DNA of 64,000 bases from an uncultured Bacilli bacterium (GCA_947598325.1 CANQFD010000002.1:90765-154764), one strand, 5' to 3'; counted from the stretch's first letter, positions 28,718 through 39,378 are shown. Numbers and translations: made by a program. Notes: a model not told the origin generated them from the letters alone.

Positions 28718-28993
28718 TTAAAATTTATTGCAACAATCATCTATATTTGTACAAACATTTTCTTCAGAGCAAGTATATTCTGGCATATATGTATGTTTAT
28801 AAATATGATTATTAACAACTCTTGTATGAATTGGACAAATATGTACTACTTCATGAACAAAATCTTTTTGAACACATTTTTCAATTGGTGTTTCGTATAC
28901 TGGATCTGCACAACATTTTTCTTCACTTATTACAGGACAGCAAGAATTATTATTTTGAGAAAACATATTGTTGCCCATAAAATTATTAAACAT
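28718..28993 (-). CDS. CotD-family (inner spore coat protein D-like) Cys/His-rich protein
   Basis: CCP...CC N-terminus and the block VHEVVHICPIHTRVVNNHIYKHTYMP, typical of the CotD family. AAGGGGGA RBS. Confidence 0.7.
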   Translation of the reverse strand: MFNNFMGNNMFSQNNNSCCPVISEEKCCADPVYETPIEKCVQKDFVHEVVHICPIHTRVVNNHIYKHTYMPEYTCSEENVCTNIDDCCNKF

Positions 28994-29153
28994 AATTAAA
29001 ATCCCCCTTATCTATTACTAGAATATGAGAGATTAAAACTTTTGAATAGTTAGTTTTCCTAATTATTAATATAGTATTCTGTAAATTTATACTAGTGTTC
29101 TAACAATATAATAGTATAAAGTTTATAAATAACTTATTAGGAAATTATTTACT

Positions 29154-30461
29154 CTAAAAAGGGAGTTTAAATGACCCATTGTTAAACATCTTCATCATTT
29201 TTTTACTTTGTTCAAACTGAGTTAAAAGTTTATTAACATCTTGAACGGTTCTTCCAGAACCTTTTGCTATTCTTATTTTTCTATTTGCCTTTATTATAGC
29301 TGGATTTCTTCTTTCCTCAGTAGTCATAGATAATATCATTGCTTCTATACGAGCAATATCTTTTGGATCAATATTTATATTATTTAGACCCATTTTTTTT
29401 GCTCCTGGTAATAATTTTAATAAACTCTCAATTGAACCCATTTTCTTTATTTGCTTAAATTGAACAAGAAAATCCTCTAAATCAAATTTTCCATTCTTCA
29501 TTTTTTTATACGTATTTTCTACTTCATCTTCATCTATAACTGATTCTACCTTTTCAACCAAAGATAAAATATCTCCCATACCTAAAATTCTGTCTACCAT
29601 TCTCTTTGGATCAAATTCCTCTAAACCATCTAATTTTTCTGATGTACCAATAAACTTAATAGGAACATTTGTTAAATGTCTTGCAGATAATGCAACTCCT
29701 CCTCTTGTATCACCATCTAATTTTGTTAAAATTGTACCTGTTAATGGTAATTTTTCATTAAAACCTTCTATTACATTAATAGCATCTTGTCCTATCATAC
29801 TATCAAGTACTAAAAGTATTTCATGTGGATTAAATTCATTTTTAAGAGACTCTAATTCATTCATTAAATTTTCATCAATATGAAGTCTTCCAGCAGTATC
29901 TATTAATATATAATCCAAATTATTTTCTTTTGCATAATCTATAGAATTTCTAACTATATCATTTGGATTTTTTAACCCTTCCTCATATACAGGAATATTT
30001 AAACTTTTTCCAATTGTTTTAAGTTGATCAATAGCGGCTGGTCTATATACATCACAAGCAACAAATAAAGGTTTCTTGTTATACTTCTTTCTAAGAAAAT
30101 TACCAAGTTTACCAATAGTTGTAGTTTTACCTGAACCTTGAAGTCCTATAAGCATTAATATCGTTGGATTTTTACTAGTTTCAATACTTACCTTATCTGT
30201 TCCAAGTAAAGAAAGTAATTCATCTTTCAATATTTTTAAAAATACTTCACTAGGCTTTAAACTTTTTCTTACTTCCTCTCCTAAAGCTTTTTCCTTAACA
30301 TTATTAGTAAATTCTTTTACAACCTTATAATTAACATCTGCTTCAAGAAGAGCAAGTCTAACCTCTCTTAATACATCGCTTATATTATCCTCTGTTATCG
30401 TTGCATATCCTTTAATTTTATGCATTGCAGATTCTAATCTATCACTTAAATTCTCAAACAT
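29154..30461 (-). CDS. ffh: Signal recognition particle protein Ffh
   Basis: GLQGSGKTTT, DTAGR, TKLDGD, and a Met-rich M domain. Confidence 0.95.
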   Translation of the reverse strand: MFENLSDRLESAMHKIKGYATITEDNISDVLREVRLALLEADVNYKVVKEFTNNVKEKALGEEVRKSLKPSEVFLKILKDELLSLLGTDKVSIETSKNPTILMLIGLQGSGKTTTIGKLGNFLRKKYNKKPLFVACDVYRPAAIDQLKTIGKSLNIPVYEEGLKNPNDIVRNSIDYAKENNLDYILIDTAGRLHIDENLMNELESLKNEFNPHEILLVLDSMIGQDAINVIEGFNEKLPLTGTILTKLDGDTRGGVALSARHLTNVPIKFIGTSEKLDGLEEFDPKRMVDRILGMGDILSLVEKVESVIDEDEVENTYKKMKNGKFDLEDFLVQFKQIKKMGSIESLLKLLPGAKKMGLNNINIDPKDIARIEAMILSMTTEERRNPAIIKANRKIRIAKGSGRTVQDVNKLLTQFEQSKKMMKMFNNGSFKLPF

Positions 30462-30470
30462 AAAGACACC

Positions 30471-30770
30471 TTAACTTTCTATAATTTTTTCTAACTCTTT
30501 TTTTATTTTTTCATCATTTATAAGATCCTTAATCATTTTTAATTTATTATTTTTCTCTAATAATTTTAATTTAAGTTCATAATCATATAATTTTTCACAT
30601 GATATCTTTATTTGCTTATGAACAGCATTCCTACTTACACCTAAATTATCAGCTATTTCACTTAAACTTAAATTATTAAAATAATAAGACTCAAAATAGT
30701 TTTTTTGAGAATCAGATAATAATTCTCCATAATAATCATATAACATAATTAAATTATTTATTTCATTCAT
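30471..30770 (-). CDS. ylxM: YlxM (UPF0122) putative SRP-operon HTH protein
   Basis: LYDYYGELLSDSQKNYFESYYFNNLSLSEIADNLGVSRNAVH, in the position between ftsY and ffh. Confidence 0.85.
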   Translation of the reverse strand: MNEINNLIMLYDYYGELLSDSQKNYFESYYFNNLSLSEIADNLGVSRNAVHKQIKISCEKLYDYELKLKLLEKNNKLKMIKDLINDEKIKKELEKIIES

Positions 30771-30772
30771 AA

Positions 30773-31744
30773 CTATACCATTTCCTTAAATAACCCATAT
30801 ATATATTTTTCTATATCAAATACCTGTATATCGTCCATTTTTTCTCCAAGACCAATATATTTTACTGGAATATTAACTTCCTCTTTAATTGCAAGAACAA
30901 TTCCACCTTTTGCAGTACCATCAAGTTTTGTTAACACAATACCAGTTATATTTGTAATTTCTTTAAACTTTTTAGCCTGACTTATACCATTTTGTCCTGT
31001 TGTTGCATCTATTACAAGAAGAGTATCGGATGGAGCATTAGGTACTAGATTCCCTATTACCTTATTTATCTTCTCTAATTCCTTCATAAGATTAACCTTA
31101 TTTTGAAGTCTTCCAGCAGTATCTATTAAAACAACATCATAACTTTCTTCATTTGCTTCCTGTAATGCTTTATATATAACACTAGATGGATCAGAGTTTT
31201 CTTCACCTTTTACTACTTTTACACCTATTTTTTCACCCCATAAATTTAGTTGCTCTATTGCACCTGCTCTAAAAGTATCACCCGCAACTAACATAACTTT
31301 TTTTCCTAAATCTTTTTCTCTTTTTGCAAGTTTTGCAATAGATGTTGTTTTACCTACACCATTTACACCAACAAATAATATTACAGTTGGTCCATTTTCA
31401 TTATAATTTATCTTATTTACAAGTATTTCATCATTAACATATATAATGAAAAGTTCATCAACTATTAATTCCTTTAACATTTCTGGATCATCAATTTTCT
31501 CATTTTTAGCTCTTGTGACTAATCTATCCATAAAAGACATTACGGTATTTACCCCAATATCAGCCATAATTAATATTTCTTCTAATTCTTCAAAATACTC
31601 AGAATTTACTTTTTTATATTTTTTATTTAATGAATTTAATTTATCAGAAAATTCCTTTCTTGTTTTTTCTAATCCCTTATCATACTTTTCTTTACTTTTA
31701 TCTTCTTTATTAACAATGTTCTTTAGTTTATCAAAAAATCCCAC
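30773..31744 (-). CDS. ftsY: Signal recognition particle receptor FtsY
   Basis: GVNGVGKTTS, DTAGR, TKLDGTAKGG. Probable GTG start (GFFDKLKN) at 31744 after GAGGTGA; ORF track extends to 31759. Confidence 0.95.
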   Translation of the reverse strand: MGFFDKLKNIVNKEDKSKEKYDKGLEKTRKEFSDKLNSLNKKYKKVNSEYFEELEEILIMADIGVNTVMSFMDRLVTRAKNEKIDDPEMLKELIVDELFIIYVNDEILVNKINYNENGPTVILFVGVNGVGKTTSIAKLAKREKDLGKKVMLVAGDTFRAGAIEQLNLWGEKIGVKVVKGEENSDPSSVIYKALQEANEESYDVVLIDTAGRLQNKVNLMKELEKINKVIGNLVPNAPSDTLLVIDATTGQNGISQAKKFKEITNITGIVLTKLDGTAKGGIVLAIKEEVNIPVKYIGLGEKMDDIQVFDIEKYIYGLFKEMV

Positions 31745-31800
31745 TATATCACCTCGCATAATTATAAATATTATAGAAAAAAAGAAAGTAGTAATCTTTC

Positions 31801-32148
31801 CTAAGCAGAAACTACATATCCATATAATATCAAAATAAATATTAATATTGCAAATACTAAAATCAATATATCAACCCATATACTAAATGCTGCTTCTTTA
31901 GTTAAATTTGCATTTTTTTCTTTAACTAATTCATTTTTCTTTGCATTATTAACACTTTTTTTATCATTAGACTGTTTTGCTTTTTTTACAGTAGTTTTAG
32001 AATTATCTATTTTCTTTTTATTTGAACTAGTTTTACCAGTAGTCTTTTTAACTGGTTCCTTTTTTGCTACCTTACTATTAGATTTAGTATTCTTTTTATT
32101 TACAGTAGTTTGCTTTTTAGTATTTGACTTTGCTTTTTCTTCTGCCAT
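31801..32148 (-). CDS. Lysine-rich, tail-anchored small membrane protein (115 aa)
   Basis: About 85 aa of K/N/T/S-rich low-complexity sequence, then a single C-terminal TM (ILILVFAILIFILILYGYVV). Confidence 0.55.
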   Translation of the reverse strand: MAEEKAKSNTKKQTTVNKKNTKSNSKVAKKEPVKKTTGKTSSNKKKIDNSKTTVKKAKQSNDKKSVNNAKKNELVKEKNANLTKEAAFSIWVDILILVFAILIFILILYGYVVSA

Positions 32149-32237
32149 ATAATCAGCTCCTTATATAATCATACTAACATTATATATAATTTTTCTAAAA
32201 TAATCCATAATATAAAAGAAAAAAGACATATTTTTTA

Positions 32238-33743
32238 TTAAATATGTCTTCCTTTTTTCATTGTTTCTTTCTTATAGTCAACATAGACTCTCATAATTTC
32301 TTCATCTTTATATGAACCACTTTTAAAACATTCTTCTTTTTCTTCATCACTTAAAATTGCATATCTTTTATCGTTAAAGAAAGCTCTCTTTTCTTTCTCA
32401 CTTTGCAATAAATTTGTATATAAATCCTCATATGATTTTTTTGCTCTTTCTGGAATATCTTTCTTTTCTATAACAGATGTTTTAAGTTCTAATATAGTAA
32501 GTTCATTTTTTACAGAATTAATTTGATTACGAATTTTAGAAATTTCTTCTTTTTCAGAATATGAAGGAAATAATGATTCCATATATGATATTCTTTCCTC
32601 CAATATTCTTTTTTCATTAGTTAATTCATTTATTCTTTCCTTCATAGTAACATATTTTGAATATACATTTTGTATATTACCTTTACCATCATTTGATTTT
32701 GTCATAATATCTGCGGTTGTTCTATTTTTTAAATCAGAAGGTGTATATGAATTAAAATCTAATTCTTTAATCGCATTTATCATATCCATATTTTTCTTTT
32801 TAGAACTTAAATCGTTATAAAACTTATCTCTAGCATATTCAATCATTTCTATTCTTTCATCAACATGCTCATCTACTTTTTTAGTATTATCATTTGAAGC
32901 TGCTATATTTGCAACTGCATTTATCAAAACCCCACGTTTATTATTGGTTAATCCTGTATTATTTTTAATAAAAGTTAATAATTTTTGTTCTTTAGTTTTA
33001 TTTCCTATTATCTTTTCTAAAGATGGATTAATCATTTGAATTGTAGATAAACTTGTCTTTTCATCCTCATTTAAAAATTCTAATATGATATTTCTAATAT
33101 CTACTTTTTCTATATTTTCACTTTCAACTGACTTAGATTCTTTTATTTCAGTTTTAGATTCCATAACAATTTCCTGCATTTTGTTAAATAATAATTCACA
33201 TTTATTATCAGCAGAATAATTATTATTTTTCATAAAATGTGCTAAAGCAGTTCTATATTCATCATTATCCATTATTTTCTCTAAATATGGATCCATTTTA
33301 CGCATTGTGTCCATATTATAGTCTTCTCCAACATAATCAGCTATTAATGAAATAAGATCATCATAAGAAATAATTTCTTCTTTAGTTTCTATTTGTTCTG
33401 GTTCTTTAGTATAATCAACTAATGATTCCATTTTATTTAATAAAGATTCATATCTTTCACTTTTATCTAAAAGAAGATTATTACATATAAAAGCTCTTAA
33501 TTCTCTTTTTTTATTTTCATCTTTCTCTATAACTTTTAATAATGGATTTATATTAGCCATTGTATCATAATTAAAAGCATCATCTAAAAATCTTTCTATC
33601 ATTGTTAAAAGATTATCATCTATAATTTCTTCTTTTAACTTATCAGTATCTTTATACATCAATTTCATCCAGTCAGCATCACTAAGTATCTTTCCATTAT
33701 TTTTATTATTAATATTTTTTTTATGTGAAAAACTATTAAACAT
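32238..33743 (-). CDS. Hypothetical 501-aa protein with three ~85-90 aa internal repeats and a C-terminal coiled coil
   Basis: Repeats share the pattern D..MxxxNPxLEKI...K...L..FxKNN.....K...L.N. The C-terminus is heptad-like and K/E-rich. Confidence 0.6.
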   Translation of the reverse strand: MFNSFSHKKNINNKNNGKILSDADWMKLMYKDTDKLKEEIIDDNLLTMIERFLDDAFNYDTMANINPLLKVIEKDENKKRELRAFICNNLLLDKSERYESLLNKMESLVDYTKEPEQIETKEEIISYDDLISLIADYVGEDYNMDTMRKMDPYLEKIMDNDEYRTALAHFMKNNNYSADNKCELLFNKMQEIVMESKTEIKESKSVESENIEKVDIRNIILEFLNEDEKTSLSTIQMINPSLEKIIGNKTKEQKLLTFIKNNTGLTNNKRGVLINAVANIAASNDNTKKVDEHVDERIEMIEYARDKFYNDLSSKKKNMDMINAIKELDFNSYTPSDLKNRTTADIMTKSNDGKGNIQNVYSKYVTMKERINELTNEKRILEERISYMESLFPSYSEKEEISKIRNQINSVKNELTILELKTSVIEKKDIPERAKKSYEDLYTNLLQSEKEKRAFFNDKRYAILSDEEKEECFKSGSYKDEEIMRVYVDYKKETMKKGRHI

Positions 33744-33889
33744 AAAAAATTCCCCCTTTTTTCTAATGACTCATATATTATCATAAATGCTTTTTAATGT
33801 CAAATTATTGCAAAATATACAAAATAATAGTATAATTAGATACGTTAATCTTATTATTTAACTTTAATACTAAATGAAAGGAGATTTTA

Positions 33890-35572
33890 ATGAAAATTTT
33901 TGATAATAGTATAGATACTAAGGTTTTTGCACTTGGTGGTCTTGGGGAAGTAGGAAAAAACATGTATTGTGTAATGCATGGTAATGAATTAATTATTATT
34001 GATAGCGGCGTATTATTCCCTGAAGAAACTTTACTTGGAATTGACTATGTTATTCCTGACTTTAATTTTTTGAAGAAAAATGAAAATAAAATAAAAGGAT
34101 TATTTATAACACATGGTCATGAAGATCATATAGGAAGTATTAACTTTTTACTTCAAACAGTTAATATACCTATGATATATGCTCCTAAACAAGCTGCAAA
34201 CCTTATAAAAAAGAAACTAGCAGATAGAAATATTAGATATGATAATATCGAAATATTCGATGAAAAAAGTAAATATAAATTTAAAAATTTTGAAATAGAA
34301 TTCATATCTACAACACATTCTATACCTGATAGTTATAGTATAGTTATTAATACGCCAAATGGTACAGTAGTTACAACAGGAGATTTTAAATTTGATCTTA
34401 CTCCAATAGGACCAATGGCTAATTTGCAAAAAATGGCCAGAATAGGAGAAAAAGGAGTAACATTATTACTTAGTGATAGTACAAATGCACTAAATCCTGG
34501 GATGTCTTTAAGTGAATCTAGAGTAGATGCTACTTTGAGTGATTTATTTCAAAGACAAACAAGTAGAATAATAGTTGCAACATTTGCATCAAATGTATAT
34601 AGATTAAAACATATAATAGAAAATTGTAAAAGAAACAACAGAAAAGTTGCTTTATTTGGAAGAAGTATGGAAACTCAAATAGAAATTGCAATTGCATCTG
34701 GATATATAAAAGATACAAAGATTTTTGTAACACCTGAAGAAGCAAATAATATGAAACCTGAAGAAGTATGTCTTTTATGTACTGGATCACAAGGAGAACC
34801 ACTTGCAGCACTTTCTAGAATAGCAAATGGTACTGATAGAAAGATTAAAATATCACCTACAGATACAGTTATATTTTCTTCATCTCCTATTCCAGGAAAT
34901 GCACAAGCAATTGCAAATACTTTAAATAAACTTGCACTTCAAGGTGTAAAAACATACACAAATACATCTTTAAATGAAATCCATTCATCAGGACATGGTA
35001 ATCAAGAAGAATTAAAATTAATGATTAGATTAATGAAACCAAAGTATTTTATGCCAGTACATGGTGAATATAGAATGCTAAAAGCTCATGCTAATCTAGC
35101 TATTGATTGTGATATTCCTAAAGAAAATGTATTTGTAATGCAAAATGGTGATGTTTTATCTATTTTAAATGGTAAAGTAAGAAAGGATAAAGGATTTCCT
35201 TGCTATGATATATATGTTGATGGTAATAGAATTGGTGACATTGGAAATGTTGTAATAAAAGATAGAAAGATAATGGCAAATGATGGCATATTAGTTGTTA
35301 TTTGTAATATCGACCTAAATAAAAAACAGTTACTTGGTAAGGTTAATATAACAACTAGAGGCTTTGTTCTTGTAAATGAAAATGAAGAATTATTAAAACA
35401 AATAGAATTAAAAGCATATAATGTTATAATTAAAGAACTTAAGAATAAAAAATTCAATTATTCTGAATTAAAGAATCAAATTATAAATGAAATAGGACCA
35501 TTTATTATGGAGAAAACAGGTAGAAAACCTATTGTTCTTCCTGTTATTATGGATATAAAAAATAACGATTAA
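33890..35572 (+). CDS. rnj: Ribonuclease J
   Basis: Metallo-beta-lactamase motif THGHEDHIG, beta-CASP region; 560 aa. Confidence 0.95.
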   Translation: MKIFDNSIDTKVFALGGLGEVGKNMYCVMHGNELIIIDSGVLFPEETLLGIDYVIPDFNFLKKNENKIKGLFITHGHEDHIGSINFLLQTVNIPMIYAPKQAANLIKKKLADRNIRYDNIEIFDEKSKYKFKNFEIEFISTTHSIPDSYSIVINTPNGTVVTTGDFKFDLTPIGPMANLQKMARIGEKGVTLLLSDSTNALNPGMSLSESRVDATLSDLFQRQTSRIIVATFASNVYRLKHIIENCKRNNRKVALFGRSMETQIEIAIASGYIKDTKIFVTPEEANNMKPEEVCLLCTGSQGEPLAALSRIANGTDRKIKISPTDTVIFSSSPIPGNAQAIANTLNKLALQGVKTYTNTSLNEIHSSGHGNQEELKLMIRLMKPKYFMPVHGEYRMLKAHANLAIDCDIPKENVFVMQNGDVLSILNGKVRKDKGFPCYDIYVDGNRIGDIGNVVIKDRKIMANDGILVVICNIDLNKKQLLGKVNITTRGFVLVNENEELLKQIELKAYNVIIKELKNKKFNYSELKNQIINEIGPFIMEKTGRKPIVLPVIMDIKNND

Positions 35573-35587
35573 TTAATCGTTATTTTT
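35558..35587. repeat. Perfect 30-bp palindrome centred on the rnj/pnp stop-stop junction; possible bidirectional terminator
   Basis: aaaaataacgattaa|ttaatcgttattttt. Both convergent genes end with identical codons AAA AAT AAC GAT TAA (KNND-stop). Confidence 0.85.
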
Positions 35588-37864
35588 CTTTTTAAATATA
35601 TCTCTTAATTTCTTTTTTGTTTTTTCTTCTTCTTTTGAGCTAATATCTATTTTTTCTTTTGGTTTGTCGTTATTTTTTTCCTTAATATTATCTTTTGTTG
35701 AAACATTTATTTCCTTAGGTTTTGGTTTTGGAAGTGTATCTTTCCTTGATAGATTTAATTTACCTTTCTTATCATAACCAGTTGCTTTGACAGTAATTTC
35801 ATCCCCAACTTTAACTACATCAGATGGTTTACCAACCCTTTCATGTGCAAGTTGTGAAACATGTACTAATCCTTCACAACCTTCCCACAACTCTACGAAG
35901 CATCCAAAATCAAGTACATCTACGACTTTACCTTTATATACTTTTCCAATTTCAACCTCTCTAGCTACATTCTCAATCATTTTTCTTGTAGTTTCTATTA
36001 CATCTTTATCCATATGATAAATTGTTACTGTGCCATCATCAGCTAAATCAACTTTAACAGCATTTATATCATTTACACTTGTAACATTACTTGCCTCTAA
36101 TATAATTTTAGTAATCATATCTCCACCTTTACCAATAACATCTTTAATCTTATCTGGATTAATTTTAAATATTACAGTTTTAGGTGCATATTTTGATACT
36201 TCTTTTCTTGGTTCTTTTATTTGGGCTTCCATTACATCAAGTATCTTCATTCTTGCTTCTTTAGCTTGATCTAATGCCTCTTTTAATATTTGTTTAGTTA
36301 TACCCTTAATTTTTATATCCATTTGAAGAGAACATATTCCTTTTCTTGTTCCTCCAACCTTAAAGTCCATATCTCCTAAATGATCTTCCATACCTTGTAT
36401 ATCAGTAAGTATTGTATAATCTTTTCCATCTTTTGATGTTATAAGTCCCATTGCTATACCCGCAACTGGAGCTTTAATTGGAACTCCAGCAGCCATCAAG
36501 CTCATACATCCAGCACATATTGTTGCTTGTGAAGATGAACCATTTGATTCAAGTATTTCAGATACTACTCTAACTGTATATGGAAATTCCTCTTCTGAAG
36601 GCATAACTTGTTTTAAACATCTTTCTCCAAGTGCACCATGGCCTATTTCTCTTCTACCTGGTGAACCATATCTACCTGTTTCACCAACAGAAAATTGTGG
36701 AAAATTATAATGTAACATAAAATGTTTTTCAGCTTCTAAACTAATTCCATCAAGCATTTGATATTCATTAAGTGCTCCTAGTGTAGTAACTGCAAGCGCT
36801 TGTGTTTCTCCTCTTGTAAATAATGCACTACCATGAGTTCTTGGTAATAAATCAATTTGTGCATCTAGAGCTCTTATTTCATTCATTGCTCTTCCGTCTG
36901 ATCTTGTTTTTTCATTTACTGTAATTGCCCTAAATATATCATATTCTATTGATTCAAGCACTAATTTTACCTTTGTTATTAATAAATTCAACTCTTCTTT
37001 ATCTAAGTCATTATTTTCTTCTTCATATTTAGCTATAACATCTTTTTTTACATTATCTATTGCTTCATATTTTGCTAATTTTTCCTTAATTCTCATAGCA
37101 GAATCTAATTTTTCTGAAGCTAATTCTTTTATTTCTTCTCTTAATTCTTCAGGTATTTCTAGATGTTCATATTCCATTTTTTCTTGACCAATTTCATCTA
37201 TTATAGTTTTTTGAAATTCACATAATTCCTTAACTGCTTCATGCCCAAACATCAATGCTTCAAGCATATCTTCCTCTGAAACCTCTTTAGAGCCCGCTTC
37301 AACCATGTTTATTGCATTAATAGTACCTGCGACTGTTAAATCAATATCAGACTCTTCTAACTCAGCTGGTGTAGGATTAATAATAAATTCTCCATTAATT
37401 CTACCTACTTTTACACCCGCGATTGGTCCATCAAATGGTATTTTTGATATACAAGTTGAAAGTGATGATCCAAACATAGCAGCTAACTCTGGGGAATTAT
37501 CTGTATCAACTGATAATACCGTATTAACAACTTGTACCTCATTTCTAAAATCTTCTGGAAACATTGGTCTCATTGGTCTATCAATCATTCTTGCAGCTAG
37601 TGTCGCAGCATCTGTTGGTCTTCCTTCCCTTTTAATAAATCCACCAGGTATTTTCCCTACTGAGTATAATTTCTCTTGATATAATACCATAAGAGGAAAA
37701 AAGTCAGATAAAATATTTGCGTTATCAGATACAACAACTGTTGATAAAATAACTGTATCTCCATATCTAATTAAAACCGAACCATGTGCCTGCTTTGCAA
37801 GTTCACCATGTTCTACTATTAATTTTCTTCCTCTAAAATCTAATTCAAATACTTTCTTAGCCAT
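35573..37864 (-). CDS. pnp: Polyribonucleotide nucleotidyltransferase (PNPase) with a K-rich C-terminal extension
   Basis: Two RNase PH domains, KH and S1 domains ([15 protein letters not shown]), then about 55 aa of K/E/P-rich tail. Confidence 0.95.
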   Translation of the reverse strand: MAKKVFELDFRGRKLIVEHGELAKQAHGSVLIRYGDTVILSTVVVSDNANILSDFFPLMVLYQEKLYSVGKIPGGFIKREGRPTDAATLAARMIDRPMRPMFPEDFRNEVQVVNTVLSVDTDNSPELAAMFGSSLSTCISKIPFDGPIAGVKVGRINGEFIINPTPAELEESDIDLTVAGTINAINMVEAGSKEVSEEDMLEALMFGHEAVKELCEFQKTIIDEIGQEKMEYEHLEIPEELREEIKELASEKLDSAMRIKEKLAKYEAIDNVKKDVIAKYEEENNDLDKEELNLLITKVKLVLESIEYDIFRAITVNEKTRSDGRAMNEIRALDAQIDLLPRTHGSALFTRGETQALAVTTLGALNEYQMLDGISLEAEKHFMLHYNFPQFSVGETGRYGSPGRREIGHGALGERCLKQVMPSEEEFPYTVRVVSEILESNGSSSQATICAGCMSLMAAGVPIKAPVAGIAMGLITSKDGKDYTILTDIQGMEDHLGDMDFKVGGTRKGICSLQMDIKIKGITKQILKEALDQAKEARMKILDVMEAQIKEPRKEVSKYAPKTVIFKINPDKIKDVIGKGGDMITKIILEASNVTSVNDINAVKVDLADDGTVTIYHMDKDVIETTRKMIENVAREVEIGKVYKGKVVDVLDFGCFVELWEGCEGLVHVSQLAHERVGKPSDVVKVGDEITVKATGYDKKGKLNLSRKDTLPKPKPKEINVSTKDNIKEKNNDKPKEKIDISSKEEEKTKKKLRDIFKKKNND

Positions 37865-38021
37865 ATAAATCTCCCTTTACTAAAATTTATTGTATCATAT
37901 TTTTTAGTTTTTTTAAATCTTTACTTTATATTTATCTTACTAATTTTGTATGTATATTTATTAATATAAGTCATCACTATAATATCCGTTTAAATTACAA
38001 AAATAAAAAGCACTAATGTGC

Positions 38022-38291
38022 TTATTTTCTTAATCCTAATCTTTGAATTAAAGTTCTATACCTATTAATATCTGTTTTCTTCAAATATTCAAGTAAATTA
38101 CGACGTTTACCTACTTTAGTTAATAAACCTCTTTTTGAATGAAAATCATGAATATTAACTTTTAAATGTTCAGTTAATATTTGAATTTCTTTTGTAAGAA
38201 TTGCTATTTGAACTTCAGGAGAACCTGTATCCCCCTCATGAGTAGCATATTCTTTTATGATATCTTTTTTTTGTGAACTAACTAATGCCAT
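38022..38291 (-). CDS. rpsO: 30S ribosomal protein S15
   Basis: ...[19 protein letters not shown]...HD.HS.RGLL..V..RR.LL.YL; 89 aa. Confidence 0.95.
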   Translation of the reverse strand: MALVSSQKKDIIKEYATHEGDTGSPEVQIAILTKEIQILTEHLKVNIHDFHSKRGLLTKVGKRRNLLEYLKKTDINRYRTLIQRLGLRK

Positions 38292-38360
38292 TTTCTTTTC
38301 CTCCTAACTAATATTTGCCTAATACCTAGTATATGGCCGGAAAAAAATCCATATACCACG
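38292..38360 (-). promoter_or_regulatory. Structured rpsO 5' leader (candidate S15 autoregulatory element)
   Basis: 8-bp stem gtatatgg...ccatatac (about 38329-38356) between the likely promoter and the GGAGG RBS. Function is inferred only from known S15 autoregulation. Confidence 0.3.
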
Positions 38361-38416
38361 TAAAAGGTAGTGCACTAATAATATACATTAATTTTATAAT
38401 TTAATCAAGTATAAAA

Positions 38417-39325
38417 CTAAAATATTATTACATTTTTTTCATATGGAGATAAAATTTTCTTTAATTCTTTTTTTACATTTACATCATCTTTCATCTTTAT
38501 AATTCTATTTCCATAAGCATCATCTATCATATTAACATCTAATGTATTTGTTATTAAGTTAATCGTATTATAATTTAACTCTTCTGAATATCTATCAATA
38601 ATACTTCTAAATGAATCTATATCTATATCATTAGATATTTTATATATTTTATTTTTAAATTTCGATAATTCATTAACATCTGTAATTGAAAGAGCAACAA
38701 ATAATACTGCTTCATATTTATCATCATCTAAATTAAAAATGTAATCATCTGTTATAAATTCAGTAAATAAACTTACTCTATTCATACAATTACTCATAAA
38801 ACTTTCTTTTAAATTTTCGGTAGTATTAGATAAATCATCTAATAAAAGCATATATTTTCTAGATATTTTTGAAAGATCATGTTTATAAAGATCATAACCA
38901 AACTTTTTTAACTTCTTAAATACATTCATATATTGTTTTAATAAAAAGAAAACTACATAATCTGCTTCATCAATATCTACATCAAAAACATTTGTAACTG
39001 GATAATCAATAATTGCAGAAATAGAATCTAATATATTATCAAAATCATCTGATGAAACAATATAGTTATTTTGAAGTAATTCGTCTAAAAGTTCTGCAAA
39101 ATCTTTTTTATAAAAATCATTATGTAAATAACATAATACTAAGAATACTCTAATAATAGCATCTATATTATCATCATCTATAACATCACTATTATTGATA
39201 CACATATTATAAAATAAATTAGAATTTAATCCTCTTAATTCCACAATATCCTTTAACATACCAATAAATGCGCCTTCTGATATATTAGTTTTCTCTATAA
39301 TTTCATATAACTCACTTTTTTTCAT
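38417..39325 (-). CDS. Hypothetical acidic cytoplasmic protein (~302 aa)
   Basis: Long ORF in the slot where ribF usually lies between truB and rpsO. No kinase or FMN-adenylyltransferase motifs seen. GGGGG RBS before the ATG at 39325. Confidence 0.5.
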   Translation of the reverse strand: MKKSELYEIIEKTNISEGAFIGMLKDIVELRGLNSNLFYNMCINNSDVIDDDNIDAIIRVFLVLCYLHNDFYKKDFAELLDELLQNNYIVSSDDFDNILDSISAIIDYPVTNVFDVDIDEADYVVFFLLKQYMNVFKKLKKFGYDLYKHDLSKISRKYMLLLDDLSNTTENLKESFMSNCMNRVSLFTEFITDDYIFNLDDDKYEAVLFVALSITDVNELSKFKNKIYKISNDIDIDSFRSIIDRYSEELNYNTINLITNTLDVNMIDDAYGNRIIKMKDDVNVKKELKKILSPYEKNVIIF

Positions 39326-39378
39326 ATTTACCCCCAAAAAATAATTTTATTAGTATTATATACTAAATCATTAAAAAA

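Noticed and set aside
28709-28999. A 96-aa plus-strand ORF almost exactly coincident with the CotD-like gene.
   Set aside because: The minus-strand frame has a strong RBS and the CotD Cys/His motif. The plus frame is hydrophobic low-complexity sequence with no RBS.
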